Part shown: positions 32,528 to 41,545 of the stretch, in pieces
Numbering within the stretch: the first letter of the stretch is position 1
Layout: every line of letters begins with the position of its first letter
Source: an uncultured cyanobacterium
GTDB lineage: Bacteria > Cyanobacteriota > Cyanobacteriia > Cyanobacteriales > Cyanobacteriaceae
Assembly: GCA_963749915.1 (NCBI GenBank)
Contig: CAVVOP010000021.1
Span: 544,001 to 608,000 of the forward strand
Direction of reading: 5' to 3'
DNA: 64,000 nt
Made by a program: the position numbers and the translations under genes
Notes under the pieces: model-generated
What the model was told of the DNA's origin: nothing
The model's input: only the letters and a program-made list of their open reading frames with translations
Databases searched by the model: none

Positions 32528-32815
32528 TTAATTACGAAAATTTCTTCTGCGATTATCACCACCGCCAACTTCCTCACGAGGTTTGGCCTTATTAACTTTC
32601 ATCTGTCTGCCCATCCACTGAGCACCATCTAAAGTCTCGATGGCTTTATCTTCTTCGCTATCATTAGACATTTCCACAAAACCAAAACCACGCATTCTTT
32701 TCGTTTCACGATCAACGGGTAAATATACTCGCTTTACTTCACCATAATCAGCAAAGACTGCTTGTAAATCTTCTTCTGTGACATCATAAGACAAATTCCC
32801 TACATATATGGACAT
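32528..32815 (-). CDS. rbp: RRM RNA-binding protein (Rbp family)
   Basis: RNP2 IYVGNL and RNP1 RGFGFVEM; short Gly/Arg tail. Confidence 0.95.
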   Translation of the reverse strand: MSIYVGNLSYDVTEEDLQAVFADYGEVKRVYLPVDRETKRMRGFGFVEMSNDSEEDKAIETLDGAQWMGRQMKVNKAKPREEVGGGDNRRRNFRN

Positions 32816-32958
32816 AAACTTGCTCCAAAATCTTTAATTTACTCTGAGATAATTGAGACCACGGACATGAATCCTTCCATACTGCACGGGATATAACGTT
32901 TCAAGACTGGAATCAAACACTGTTACCGAACTGAACCTCAAATTAACACCACTTTCAA
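32816..32958 (-). promoter_or_regulatory. Putative conserved rbp 5'UTR and promoter
   Basis: Minus strand TGATAAATT (-10-like), then TTCGGTAA...TGTTTGATTCC...GGAAGGATTCATG...TTTTGGAG; resembles leaders of cyanobacterial cold-inducible rbp genes (recalled, not aligned). Confidence 0.5.
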
Positions 32959-33004
32959 TTTATCACATCGAGAAAGCAATTAGCAATTAATTAGGTAATT
33001 GCGA

Positions 33005-33595
33005 CAGGAGAATCGCACACAGTTCTTAACAATACGCAACAAAACCATAAAATAACTGAAAATACTAGCAAAATAGCAAATAAAGGAGTTAAAGACCCCA
33101 GAGCAAGTCACTGTATTGATCGTTTATTAATCGATATCATTGTGATTACTTTGTGTGCAACCATTTGTGGTGCCAATGATTGGGAAGCTGTTGCTGAATA
33201 CGGTCGCACCAAAGAGCAATGGTTGAAAAAGTTTCTCGCTTTGCCCAATTGAGAATCAGTTACATTGGGTTTTAGACGTAAGCTTCTGTGAAGATGCGGA
33301 TGCGAGGATGTCAGGGATATAGTGCAGAAAATATGGCTGTCATTCGTCACATGGGAGTGAATCTTTTGTCTCAAGAAAAGACGACGAAGGTTGGGATTGA
33401 AAACAAGCGACTGAAAGCAGGTTGGGATAATCGCTATTTAGAAACTGTACTTAGTTGTCTGGGTATTTCTTGACATTTCGATTAGTTGGGTCAGATAGTA
33501 TCAACTACTCGACCATAATATTTGCCGAAAATCTTTGTCTAACAAGCTTTTTCGCTCTTAAACTAATTTGTAAAGTTTTGTATGCGATTCTCCTG
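33005..33595 (+). mobile_element. Internally deleted ISAs1-family element
   Basis: TIR caggagaatcgcacac / gtatgcgattctcctg. Transposase N-terminus (KDPR..LLIDIIVITLCATICGANDW) is fused directly to the C-terminus ([24 protein letters not shown]). Confidence 0.88.
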
Positions 33596-33692
33596 ATTCC
33601 ACAACCATCTACAACTACCAAAGGCTTTAGCCAATGCTAGTTTTTGAGATGAATCGGGATAAATTCTTACTTTAACTAACGACTTTTAACAT
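33596..33692 (-). pseudogene. tnpB: tnpB (IS200/IS605 OrfB) 5' stub
   Basis: Manual translation MLKVV-[4-bp duplication]-KVRIYPDSSQKLALAKAFGSCRWLWN, the typical OrfB N-terminal helix; cut exactly at the ISAs1 end. Confidence 0.75.
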
Positions 33693-33743
33693 TTTCAGAG
33701 TAAATTCTATTTGCTATAAATTATGATAACATAGTATTCTACT

Positions 33744-34024
33744 TTATACAATAATAGAAGTCGCAGGTTGTGTAATTTCTGCACCAAGGCCCCACGCTTC
33801 TACTTGAGAAAGAGTGTGACTAGATAAAGGATAAAATCGGAGGTTATCTTCTTGTAAATTACATTTTTTTTTAATTTCTTTTGTAAGTTTTGAAACTGTT
33901 TTTGCCGAAGAACACACTCAAAAACACTATACTGAACTCTTGAACCATAACCTTCTAATAAATCAGCTATTTGTTTCCGTCGTTTATTATCAGGAACATC
34001 ATAGCAGATAATATAAAATAGCAT
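33744..34024 (-). pseudogene. cas2: CRISPR-associated endoribonuclease Cas2, -1 frameshift in an A9 run
   Basis: YIICYDVPDNKRR..GYGSRVQYSVFEC. Adding one base at 33864-72 restores DNLRFYPLS..VEAWG..SIIV* (94 codons). Could be a homopolymer sequencing error. Confidence 0.85.
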
Positions 34025-34029
34025 AATTT

Positions 34030-34733
34030 TTATCTTAATAAATAAGGTTGATAAGAATTAATAGGCTCATAAAAAAACTGCTTAATTTTTCCAACTTGTT
34101 GCATTAATAAATCCCAACGAGGTTCTTTATTACCATTATCATTGGTAATAATTTCTTCCATTCTAATGATAAAAGCCTGTAAATATTTTTGTCTTCCAGT
34201 ATCATTTAAAAAACAACCTCCGTCACGAAAAATAAAATCTTCATCAGCATTAATGATATTTTTATTCACTAAATAAAGGACTAAAGAATCAACAATAGCA
34301 CTTCTAAATTCTTCTATTAAGTCTGAAGCTAAAGCGGCATGACGCTCACTACTTTGATGTAAACAAGCGGAATAAGGATCTAAACCTTGTAACTCAATTA
34401 AGGCTAATAAATGATTCCAAAGTACTTGATAACCAAAACTTAAAAGGGCATTAACAGGATTACCTGGAGGACGGCGAGAACGGGAATAAAAGACAAAATT
34501 AGAATTACTTAAACATTGTCCAAAAGCGGAAAAATAAGTGGCTGCGGCTGCTCCCTCATAACCCATTAATTTATCTATTTGCTCTGCTTTATTAGCTTGT
34601 TCTTGAAAACTTGAACATCGAGTATTAATGGTAATTGAATTTTATTAATAATTTGTTTATGCTTTTTAATTAATAATAATTCTTTCTCTAAACATAAATA
34701 ACAACCCTGTTGAGAGAGATATAATGTTTTCAT
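34030..34733 (-). pseudogene. cas1: CRISPR-associated Cas1, internally deleted
   Basis: N-terminus MKTLYLSQQGCYL..IQLPL joined out of frame to QEQ..LMGYEG..RRPPGNPVNALLSFGY..ALASDLIEEFR; only 704 bp. Confidence 0.9.
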
Positions 34734-35030
34734 TTATTCCCTATTTCTTCTTTTAGTTAAATCAGAGTTATTTTGTCGAGTAATAGGATTGATTGATTCT
34801 TCATCCAAAGGGCGATCAAAATATCGTTTTCGGGAGGATTTAAGTAACCATAAAGTAATAAAATCAAAACTCATAGTTACCATAAAAGTAGAAACAGTAA
34901 TGGCTAAAGTATTAAAAATTACTCCAGCTAATCCTAGAGGTGCTATTAATAGTAAAATTAGGGTAATTAAACCATTAATAAAAGCCGAAGCAATATTTTT
35001 AATTAGATGTCTTTTAAGAGAGCTATTCAT
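34734..35030 (-). CDS. csx18: CRISPR-associated membrane protein Csx18-like
   Basis: NG.ITLILLLIAPLGLAGVI.NT motif; directly upstream of cas1 as in cyanobacterial III-B loci. Confidence 0.75.
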   Translation of the reverse strand: MNSSLKRHLIKNIASAFINGLITLILLLIAPLGLAGVIFNTLAITVSTFMVTMSFDFITLWLLKSSRKRYFDRPLDEESINPITRQNNSDLTKRRNRE

Positions 35031-35115
35031 AAATTAAGACTTACATTTTTGAATTTTATTTCTGGCTTTTTTAAATGTCTGATAATTACTATTTTGGGGT
35101 GCTTTAAAGAAAATA

Positions 35116-35406
35116 ATGGTTAAAAGATAATATCAATCAAAAAAATAATAACTTTATTTACATCGCTACAGTGACTTATCTTCTTTCCAAAGATTGATGT
35201 TATTAATGGCAACTTTAGTAAATAACCCCGGTATTGGTTATTTTGAGGAAGAATCCAGTAAAGAAACTAAAAATTTCCATAATAGTTTAAGTTTATTGCA
35301 AGAAGAAATACTCATTATTGCCCAAGACATCCATATCAATATAGAAAAACCAGCCATATCTACTTTGAGAAAAGACTTAGAAACCTTGAGGAATTTTTTA
35401 GTTTAG
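35116..35406 (+). pseudogene. N-terminal stub of CRISPR-linked WYL-type transcriptional regulator
   Basis: LHRYSD..SFQRLMLLMATLVNNPGIG...PAISTLRKDLETLR; in-frame stops near the start; truncated before any WYL domain; divergent from csx18-cas1-cas2. Confidence 0.6.
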
Positions 35407-35487
35407 TTATCTTGAGATAACTTTAGCTTTTAGCTGCGAACTTTAGTTTAAGGCAATGCTATGCTATAGTTTTAAGTCGTTAACTTC

Positions 35488-35506
35488 TACAGGCAAGATG
35501 CCTGTA
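35488..35506. repeat. Short REP-like hairpin
   Basis: tacaggcaagatgcctgta palindrome followed by ccac. Confidence 0.5.
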
Positions 35507-35544
35507 CCACAGATTTACCATATTATTTTTATTTAGCCAAAATT

Positions 35545-36012
35545 ATGACCAGTAAATTAAGCAATCAAAAAACAAAAATTGAGTATAACTTATACGAAAA
35601 AGATTTTTATCTTTGGATTAAAGAAACCGCCAATTTATTACGTCAAGGAAAATTAAAAGAAGTTGATTTAGAAAACTTAATTGAAGAAATTGAAGCTATG
35701 GGAAGAAGCGAAAAAAAATCTGTTACTAGCAATTTAAGGATTCTTTTAATGCACTTACTCAAATATAAATATCAACCAGAGAAACGTACTAATAGTTGGT
35801 TATTTACTATCATCGAACATCGTAAAAGAATTAAAGATTCATTTAAAGATAGTCCCAGTTTAAAAGGATTATATTTAGAAATATTTACAGAATGTTATCA
35901 AGATGCTAGAGAATTAGCACAAGCAGAAACAGGTTTACCTCTTTACGCTTTTCCTAAAGAATCTCCTTTTTCTCCTGAAGATACTTTGAATTTAGATTAT
36001 TTACCTAATTAA
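35545..36012 (+). CDS. DUF29 family protein
   Basis: LYEKDFYLW, DLENLIEEIEAMGRSE, HLLKY.YQPE and SPSLK motifs. Confidence 0.92.
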   Translation: MTSKLSNQKTKIEYNLYEKDFYLWIKETANLLRQGKLKEVDLENLIEEIEAMGRSEKKSVTSNLRILLMHLLKYKYQPEKRTNSWLFTIIEHRKRIKDSFKDSPSLKGLYLEIFTECYQDARELAQAETGLPLYAFPKESPFSPEDTLNLDYLPN

Positions 36013-36278
36013 AAATAGTAAATTATTTTAGAATTAATAATATTTAAACATGACAAATCCATCTATTATTGCCGTCAAATTTGTGTTATAAGCGTGACTT
36101 CATATCCTGTTGGAAACGTAATTTGAGGAGATTTAACACTCCATCCACAGATAAATCCCAATTACCAGAAGAATTAGTTAAGTTTTAATTATCAACAAAT
36201 CTATACCTGTTTGATTCTCGTTTTCCTATTAAAATATGCTTTCAATTTGTGGATATTTTTTTCATCCTACTTTTTCAT

Positions 36279-36316
36279 CCCACTTTCCGCACGTCACTTT
36301 GTAAGATGATAAAAGT
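36279..36316 (-). mobile_element. Solo 38-bp right end of the IS1634 element
   Basis: cccactttccgcacgtcactttgtaagatgataaaagt equals the reverse complement of 54451-54488 with one mismatch. Confidence 0.85.
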
Positions 36317-37101
36317 GGTTGGATATTTTTGTTCTGATAGTTTAATACTACCCAATGGTGGCGGAAAATGAAGTCCATCAGAGTAGAAACAGTAATATTG
36401 AGTGGCCATTAACACAACTATTGAGAAAGAAGATTTTTATCTATCTTATCAAGTAAGCTGGAAGACTTTTCTGTTGTAAATTTTCTGGCAAAGAAGAAGG
36501 AATCGTAATCAAAAGTTCCCCGAAACATGGATGTACCCATCAGTAAACTCAGTTCTGAGGACATTCGCTGTCCAGTCGGTTTTCTATTGAAACTCAAGTC
36601 TTCAAGAAATTCATAATCCTCATCGGTAAAAATTCTACCCTCAAAATTAAGTGTGATGTTTGAAACTTCATGCGGCCATCTGATTTCCTCACGAAACCCT
36701 CCTGCTTCTTGAAGAAAAGGAAAGTTAGCTACAATTGTATGAAAAAAGTGTTCATCCGGGCAGTGAGCATATTTATAAAATTTTAAGAAGGCTGGGTTTT
36801 GTTCTAAATATTGAATAATAAATGCTGCACATTCGGGGGTCATTGCCCAATTTCCGCTACCCCAAGCTGGGGACGTATTACTTAGAGGCTTTCTTGTCAC
36901 TCCTAAATGGAAAAGCTTTTGTAGCAGTCGCCTAAAGAGACTGTCATCTAAAATAGGTTGGAAAGGATCCATAAACCAATAGTTAGTGAGCCTCCAGGGA
37001 GTTTCTTCATTGAGTTTAATAAACTTGATGAATTGCCTATTAGGATTACTCTTTAAAAAATCATAGAAAGCAGATACAGGTTTTATTGGATAATCAGAGC
37101 C

Positions 37102-38667
37102 GAATGGCGCTGACTTAAGCATTCACCGTTTGAAGAATGTAGGTAGGCGATCGCTTACAATGGCTTGCGATCGCCGGCGGTGCAGCTTATCTGGCCGCCA
37201 ACGCCGAATAATTGTCAAACTGGCTTCTTCAGAGGAAAATAACCTTGGCTCAGAAGAAAAAAATACTACTACTCATGTTTCAGTGTGTTGAAATTCTCCG
37301 ACGTAAACTCTCTCAAAGGGCGGGTAAACCTTTCGCCAATATCCTCAATGAAAAAGTGATTGAAGCGGCAATTGTCCAGGCACAACTCAAATATCGCAAC
37401 CGTCTGTTCACGCCAATTATAACGATTTGGGCGTTTATCTATCAGGTGCTTGATCCAGATAAAAGCTTGGCCAATGCCGTTAAACAAATACGATCTTGCT
37501 TGGCCGTTGAAGGAGCAGAGGTTCCCTCCCTAAATACCGGTGGTTATGCTAAAGCCCGTAAGCGTTTGCCCGAGAAGATGCTGGAATGGTTGTTTGAGCA
37601 TACAGGAGAAGCTCTAACGGCTGAAGCTGTGGCAGAGCAAAGGTGGCAGGGGCGTTGCGTCAAACTGCTAGATGGCTCAACTGTGGTTATGGCCGATACC
37701 GCAGCCAATCAAAAGGAATACCCTCAACACAAAAATCAACAACCGGGGTGTGGGTTTCCTATCGCCAAGCTGGTGGTGATGTTTTCCTTAACGACCGCCG
37801 CTGCGATTGGGGTGAGAATTGCGGCCTTGAATACCTCGGAAATTACCTTAGCTCGCAGTTGGTACAGCACCTTGAAGCCTGAAGATGTGGCCTTAGCCGA
37901 CCGAGCCTATGGCAGTTATGTGGACTTGGCCTTAGTCCAACAACAGGGAGCCGACGCGGTATTTCGGAAAAATCAGAGTCGTCACAGTGATTTAAAAAAG
38001 GCAAAGCGGCTGGGAAAAAACGACTATCTTGTGACCTGGACTCGTCCAAAGCGTTGTCCTAAAGCCATGGATAAGTCAGAATTTGAAGCCCTACCCCCAA
38101 CTCTTCAAGTGCGAGAGGTACACTTCTGTGTTGAGCGACCAGGATGGCGAACCAAATCGGTCACGGTGGTGACCACCTTGCTTAAGCCGAAGGCTTACCC
38201 CAAAGCCAAACTAGCCGAACTCTATGGGCTGAGGTGGCAAGCGGAAATCAATCTCGACCATATCAAGACTACTTTGGGAATGGAGATGCTGAAGGCACAA
38301 TCTCCAGAAATGGTGCGCAAGGAAATTTATGTTCATCTGATGGCCTATAATCTGCTGCGTTATTTGATGTGGCAAGCTGGTTCTCAAAGTAACCAAGCGC
38401 CCTTAAGACTTTCGGTACAGGGCTGTCGACAAAGCTTCAATCAGTTTCGCTCCCGTTTAGCTGAGGTTGGTCGAGTACGCTTGCCTAGATTTTGCCAATC
38501 CCTGCTAGAGATGATTGCTGAAGCTACAGTGCCACTGCGTCCTAACCGGTATGAGCCCAGAAAGAGAAAACGACGTCCAAAGGCTTTTCCCCTGATGAAC
38601 CAGCCTCGGGCAATTCTTAAACAAAAGCTAGCTGCGGCATGATAACAACCTTAAGTCAGCGCCATTC
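37102..38667 (+). mobile_element. IS4-family insertion sequence, complete (1566 bp)
   Basis: Perfect 18-bp TIR gaatggcgctgacttaag; 11-bp TSD taatcagagcc at 37091-37101 and 38668-38678; visibly more GC-rich than the host. Confidence 0.95.
37275..38642 (+). CDS. IS4 family transposase
   Basis: LLDGST, LADRAYGSY and LYGLRWQAE..L..IK (YREK) motifs. Confidence 0.92.
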   Translation: MFQCVEILRRKLSQRAGKPFANILNEKVIEAAIVQAQLKYRNRLFTPIITIWAFIYQVLDPDKSLANAVKQIRSCLAVEGAEVPSLNTGGYAKARKRLPEKMLEWLFEHTGEALTAEAVAEQRWQGRCVKLLDGSTVVMADTAANQKEYPQHKNQQPGCGFPIAKLVVMFSLTTAAAIGVRIAALNTSEITLARSWYSTLKPEDVALADRAYGSYVDLALVQQQGADAVFRKNQSRHSDLKKAKRLGKNDYLVTWTRPKRCPKAMDKSEFEALPPTLQVREVHFCVERPGWRTKSVTVVTTLLKPKAYPKAKLAELYGLRWQAEINLDHIKTTLGMEMLKAQSPEMVRKEIYVHLMAYNLLRYLMWQAGSQSNQAPLRLSVQGCRQSFNQFRSRLAEVGRVRLPRFCQSLLEMIAEATVPLRPNRYEPRKRKRRPKAFPLMNQPRAILKQKLAAA

Positions 38668-38991
38668 TAATCAGAGCCAGAGAGCAACACTAAATGTGTA
38701 AACTTTTCCAAGGTTACTTTTTTTAAAGCAGCTTTCATAAGATTTAAGATCGCCTTGACCTGTGAAGGGCCTCCCCAATATACTTTTTCTCTCTCAACGA
38801 TAAAATCTACTGAATTCATATCGGCAATGTGTGAATACTTGACATTATTTGTTTTCCTATCTAAATGTATAAAAACACGAGCCTTATAATTAATGGCATT
38901 GACCAACCTTTCTAAATGAATTGGATCATGATGAGCTAATACTAAATAAGCTATCTTAACCATTAACGCCCCTTCCTATCTGCAATAATAA

Positions 38992-39111
38992 AGATTAGAA
39001 TAAATAATTCAGTCTGACAGTAGACAGTCATTCTACCAGTCTCAAGTTGCCAAGCAAAGTTTTCTTTTTGCCTGTGTTTCCATTCAAGTAGTTCCCCCCA
39101 TTACAGGAGAC
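38992..39111 (-). CRISPR. Remnant CRISPR array: one full 36-bp repeat, a 50-nt spacer-like segment and a possible degenerate terminal repeat
   Basis: Minus strand 39111-39076 GTCTCCTGTAATGGGGGGAACTACTTGAATGGAAAC has a 5' hairpin and GAAAC end like cyanobacterial III-B repeats. 39025 onward GTCTACTGTCAGACTGAATTATTT partly matches it. Confidence 0.7.
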
Positions 39112-39330
39112 ACAGCAAAACCCCCTGTCCGTAAAGTGCTTACGGAATAATGATTCTAAAGGCAATTTGCGAAGGATAGTAAAATTATAACTTGTAAGGG
39201 GCTTTTTTGTCCAACTAAAATCCCTGAAGTCCAGGGCAAACGCACACAAAACTTAACAATTGAGTTAAGTAACCAAAAAGCTTATTATATAATGGTTTTC
39301 AGAAAAAAAGTTGAACACAGCAATTAATAC
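39112..39330 (-). promoter_or_regulatory. Putative CRISPR leader
   Basis: Non-coding, AT-rich, contains CCTTCGCAAA and ends GGGGGTTTTGCTGT directly before the repeat; TATAAT near 39283-39288. Confidence 0.55.
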
Positions 39331-39420
39331 TACGTTAAATAACTAATATAATTATGGTCCGTTTTTAGGCGATCGCCAATTACTAGATCCTCCAAATCTC
39401 GTTCGTGATTGTAACCTCAA

Positions 39421-39896
39421 TTAAAATGTAAAGAAATGTGTGCGTTTGCCCTGATGATAAAGACGATTTCGCCACTGTTTAGTATTAGCAAAAAAGCGAT
39501 GCCATTGATTATCATTTTTAATTTTTGGCACAGCAGTTTCGATTAAAGAATCTAAACCTGAACCATATAAATAGATTCTTTGATTATTAAATTGACCTTG
39601 ATAATTTCTAAATTCAGGATATGTTAAATCTTGACAAATAGTTGATTTTAAATAGGGTGTTTCTCCTTTGGGAATTTCGACATAAGAGTTATATTTAGTA
39701 ATAATTAATTCACTCATTAAACCTTCAATACCTCGAAAACCATGAAAAAAGGCTTCAATATTATTTCCTTATGACTTTCTTCTAAAGTTGAACTATAAGC
39801 GTTACCAATATTTAGCCATTTATTTTCAGATTCCGTATAAAATGCTAAATCACGAGTGCCGACGGTTGCTACTAAAATTGCTTTATTTTGAGTCAT
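39421..39896 (-). pseudogene. Collapsed CARF/HEPN (Csx1/Csm6-like) accessory nuclease
   Basis: Start MTQNKAILVATVGTRDLAF (Rossmann/CARF-like first strand); later fragment has RNRLYH (HEPN RxxxxH); far too short for a full protein. Confidence 0.55.
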
Positions 39897-39917
39897 AATT
39901 TTGTTAATTAATGAATG

Positions 39918-40220
39918 TTAATTGTTAAAAACTAAAGGAATAATAGATGTCAAATTTTCTCCTAATTTGCGTTTTGCCTCCATCAATTCATAACTATTTT
40001 GTAACCGTAAAAAATAACCTTCTGACAGTCCAAAATAATGACATAAGCGTAAATCAGTATCAGCCGTAATACGTCGAGTTCCTTTCACAATAGCATGAAT
40101 ACGATTTGGTGGTACTTGAATAGCATGAGCTAAGGCATTTTGACTAATATTCAATTCTTCCAAAAATTCATACTTTAAAATTTCACCAACATGGGGATTT
40201 TTAATGATTTCTTGATACAT
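39918..40220 (-). CDS. higA: HigA family antitoxin
   Basis: HVGEILKYEFL, HTH, R.ITADTDLRL..YFG...YFLRLQ.SY motifs. Confidence 0.92.
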   Translation of the reverse strand: MYQEIIKNPHVGEILKYEFLEELNISQNALAHAIQVPPNRIHAIVKGTRRITADTDLRLCHYFGLSEGYFLRLQNSYELMEAKRKLGENLTSIIPLVFNN

Positions 40221-40225
40221 AATTT

Positions 40226-40507
40226 TTAGTGATAATCAACAATTTCTAATTCGTAAGCATCACCGTTTAACCAAACAAAACATAATCGCCACTGTCTAGT
40301 AATACGAATGCTATATTGTCCTAATCTGTCACCTAATAAAGACTCAAGATGATTACTAGGTGGGATTTTTAAATCTTCAAATGTAATAGAAGCATTGATT
40401 TGACGCAATTTTCGCAAAGCCCTTTCTTGAATATCGGAGGGCAATTTTCGAGAGAATTTTCCTAGCCATATCTTTTCTGTCTCCTTACAAGCAAAAGATT
40501 TAATCAT
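40226..40507 (-). CDS. higB: HigB (RelE/ParE superfamily) toxin
   Basis: MIKSF..KETE, PPSNHLE.L.GDR.GQYSIRI..QWRLCF and EIVDYH motifs. Confidence 0.93.
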   Translation of the reverse strand: MIKSFACKETEKIWLGKFSRKLPSDIQERALRKLRQINASITFEDLKIPPSNHLESLLGDRLGQYSIRITRQWRLCFVWLNGDAYELEIVDYH

Positions 40508-40783
40508 TCACCGACAATAACTGATACTTAGTACATATCAGATAATATAACTTATTTCGATTAAAAAGGAAAAATTTGGTGGTAAGTACCAGTTTTAGCG
40601 TTATTTCTTAATTCTTCTAAATATTTTTTACGAGGGTTTTGAGTCGCACCAAAAACTGTTACCACATGATAATCTCCGCCATCCGTTACCCACACAGGGG
40701 AAGGTTTAACGTCTCCTCTTTGTACTTCTCCGCATAAATCACCATCATAATTATTATTTCTTTTTAATTGCTGAGAATGTAAT

Positions 40784-40862
40784 AGACCTCTCCATAAATT
40801 CTCATTTTGGTACGGTAAAATAATCATTTCAACCGCCTTTTTATTAATTGTTGGAGATGTCT
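40784..40862. mobile_element. 79-bp MITE (AGAC...GTCT family) inserted in the RAMP gene
   Basis: TIR agacctctccataaatt / aattgttggagatgtct with AAT TSD. Excision restores the frame PHALAT|LHSQ. Confidence 0.85.
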
Positions 40863-41214
40863 AATGTTGCTAAAGCATGCGGTTAATTTTTCTCTAAATT
40901 TACTATAAAATTCTTTAGCTGTTTTACCCGTTTTCCAGAAATTATCTTCACTATCAATAAAGAAAGTTGAACCACGCCACCAAGAGCTATTGACGATCTT
41001 TTCGTGAATAACTAGGTCTTTGAGGTCAAAGATTTATTATTCCCATGTCCAATAATATATTTATGTAATATAATAATATAATTATTTATTAAAAGATTGA
41101 AATTTAGGTTATTTATAAAATTTTTTAAAAAAAAAAAATTTAAAGATAATAAAAAAAATTTTGTACTTTGCATAATCATAATTATTATTTCTTTTTAATT
41201 GCTGAGAATGTAAT

Positions 41215-41293
41215 AGACCTCTCCATAAATTCTCATTTTGGTACGGTAAAATAATCATTTCAACCGCCTTTTTATTAATTGTTGGAGATGTCT
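41215..41293. mobile_element. Second copy of the 79-bp MITE, inside a local duplication
   Basis: Identical to 40784-40862 with identical flanks (offset 431 bp). Confidence 0.7.
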
Positions 41294-41545
41294 AATGTTG
41301 CTAAAGCATGCGGTTAATTTTTCTCTAATATTTTGCCATATCCATTTCGATACTAACCTTCTTTTGGATATGCGTCAAAAAAAACGACTTTTCCAGCTTG
41401 ATCTGCTTTAAATTTACTATAAAATTCTTTAGCTGTTTTACCCGTTTTCCAGAAATTATCTTCACTATCAATAAAGAAAGTTGAACCACGCCACCAAGGA
41501 GCATATTGACGATCTTTTCGTGAATAACTAGGTCTTTGAGGTGAT

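Larger units (their letters stand above)
36418..38963 (-). pseudogene. Core-2/I-branching (GT14) beta-1,6-GlcNAc transferase-like gene split by IS4
   Basis: KIAYLVLAH, FIHLD, VYWGG, LLSGSD|YPIK, GSGNW, CPDEHFFHT and FFARKF motifs. Removing the IS and one TSD restores a 322-aa ORF. Confidence 0.88.
40561..41545 (-). pseudogene. cmr6: Fragments of type III-B RAMP gene (Cmr6/Cmr1-like), MITE-disrupted and partly duplicated
   Basis: Pieces AGKVVFFDAYP..MDMA, APWWRGST and PHALATLH..YDGDLCG..VKPSPVW..YHVVTVFGAT.NPR. Confidence 0.65.

Noticed and set aside
32965..33004. AATTAATTG-containing stretch as a possible CRISPR repeat remnant
   Set aside because: Better explained as caattag-type STRR heptamers; lacks a GAAAC end.
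36085..36120. Sequence ending TTGGAAAC as a possible CRISPR repeat
   Set aside because: Opposite orientation to the real repeat, no other similarity, no hairpin and no second copy.
36049..36278. Possible csx3 or other gene remnant after DUF29
   Set aside because: Only short broken frames with no diagnostic motif.
39028..39249. 73-aa ORF
   Set aside because: Runs through the CRISPR leader, repeat and spacer; non-coding explanation preferred.
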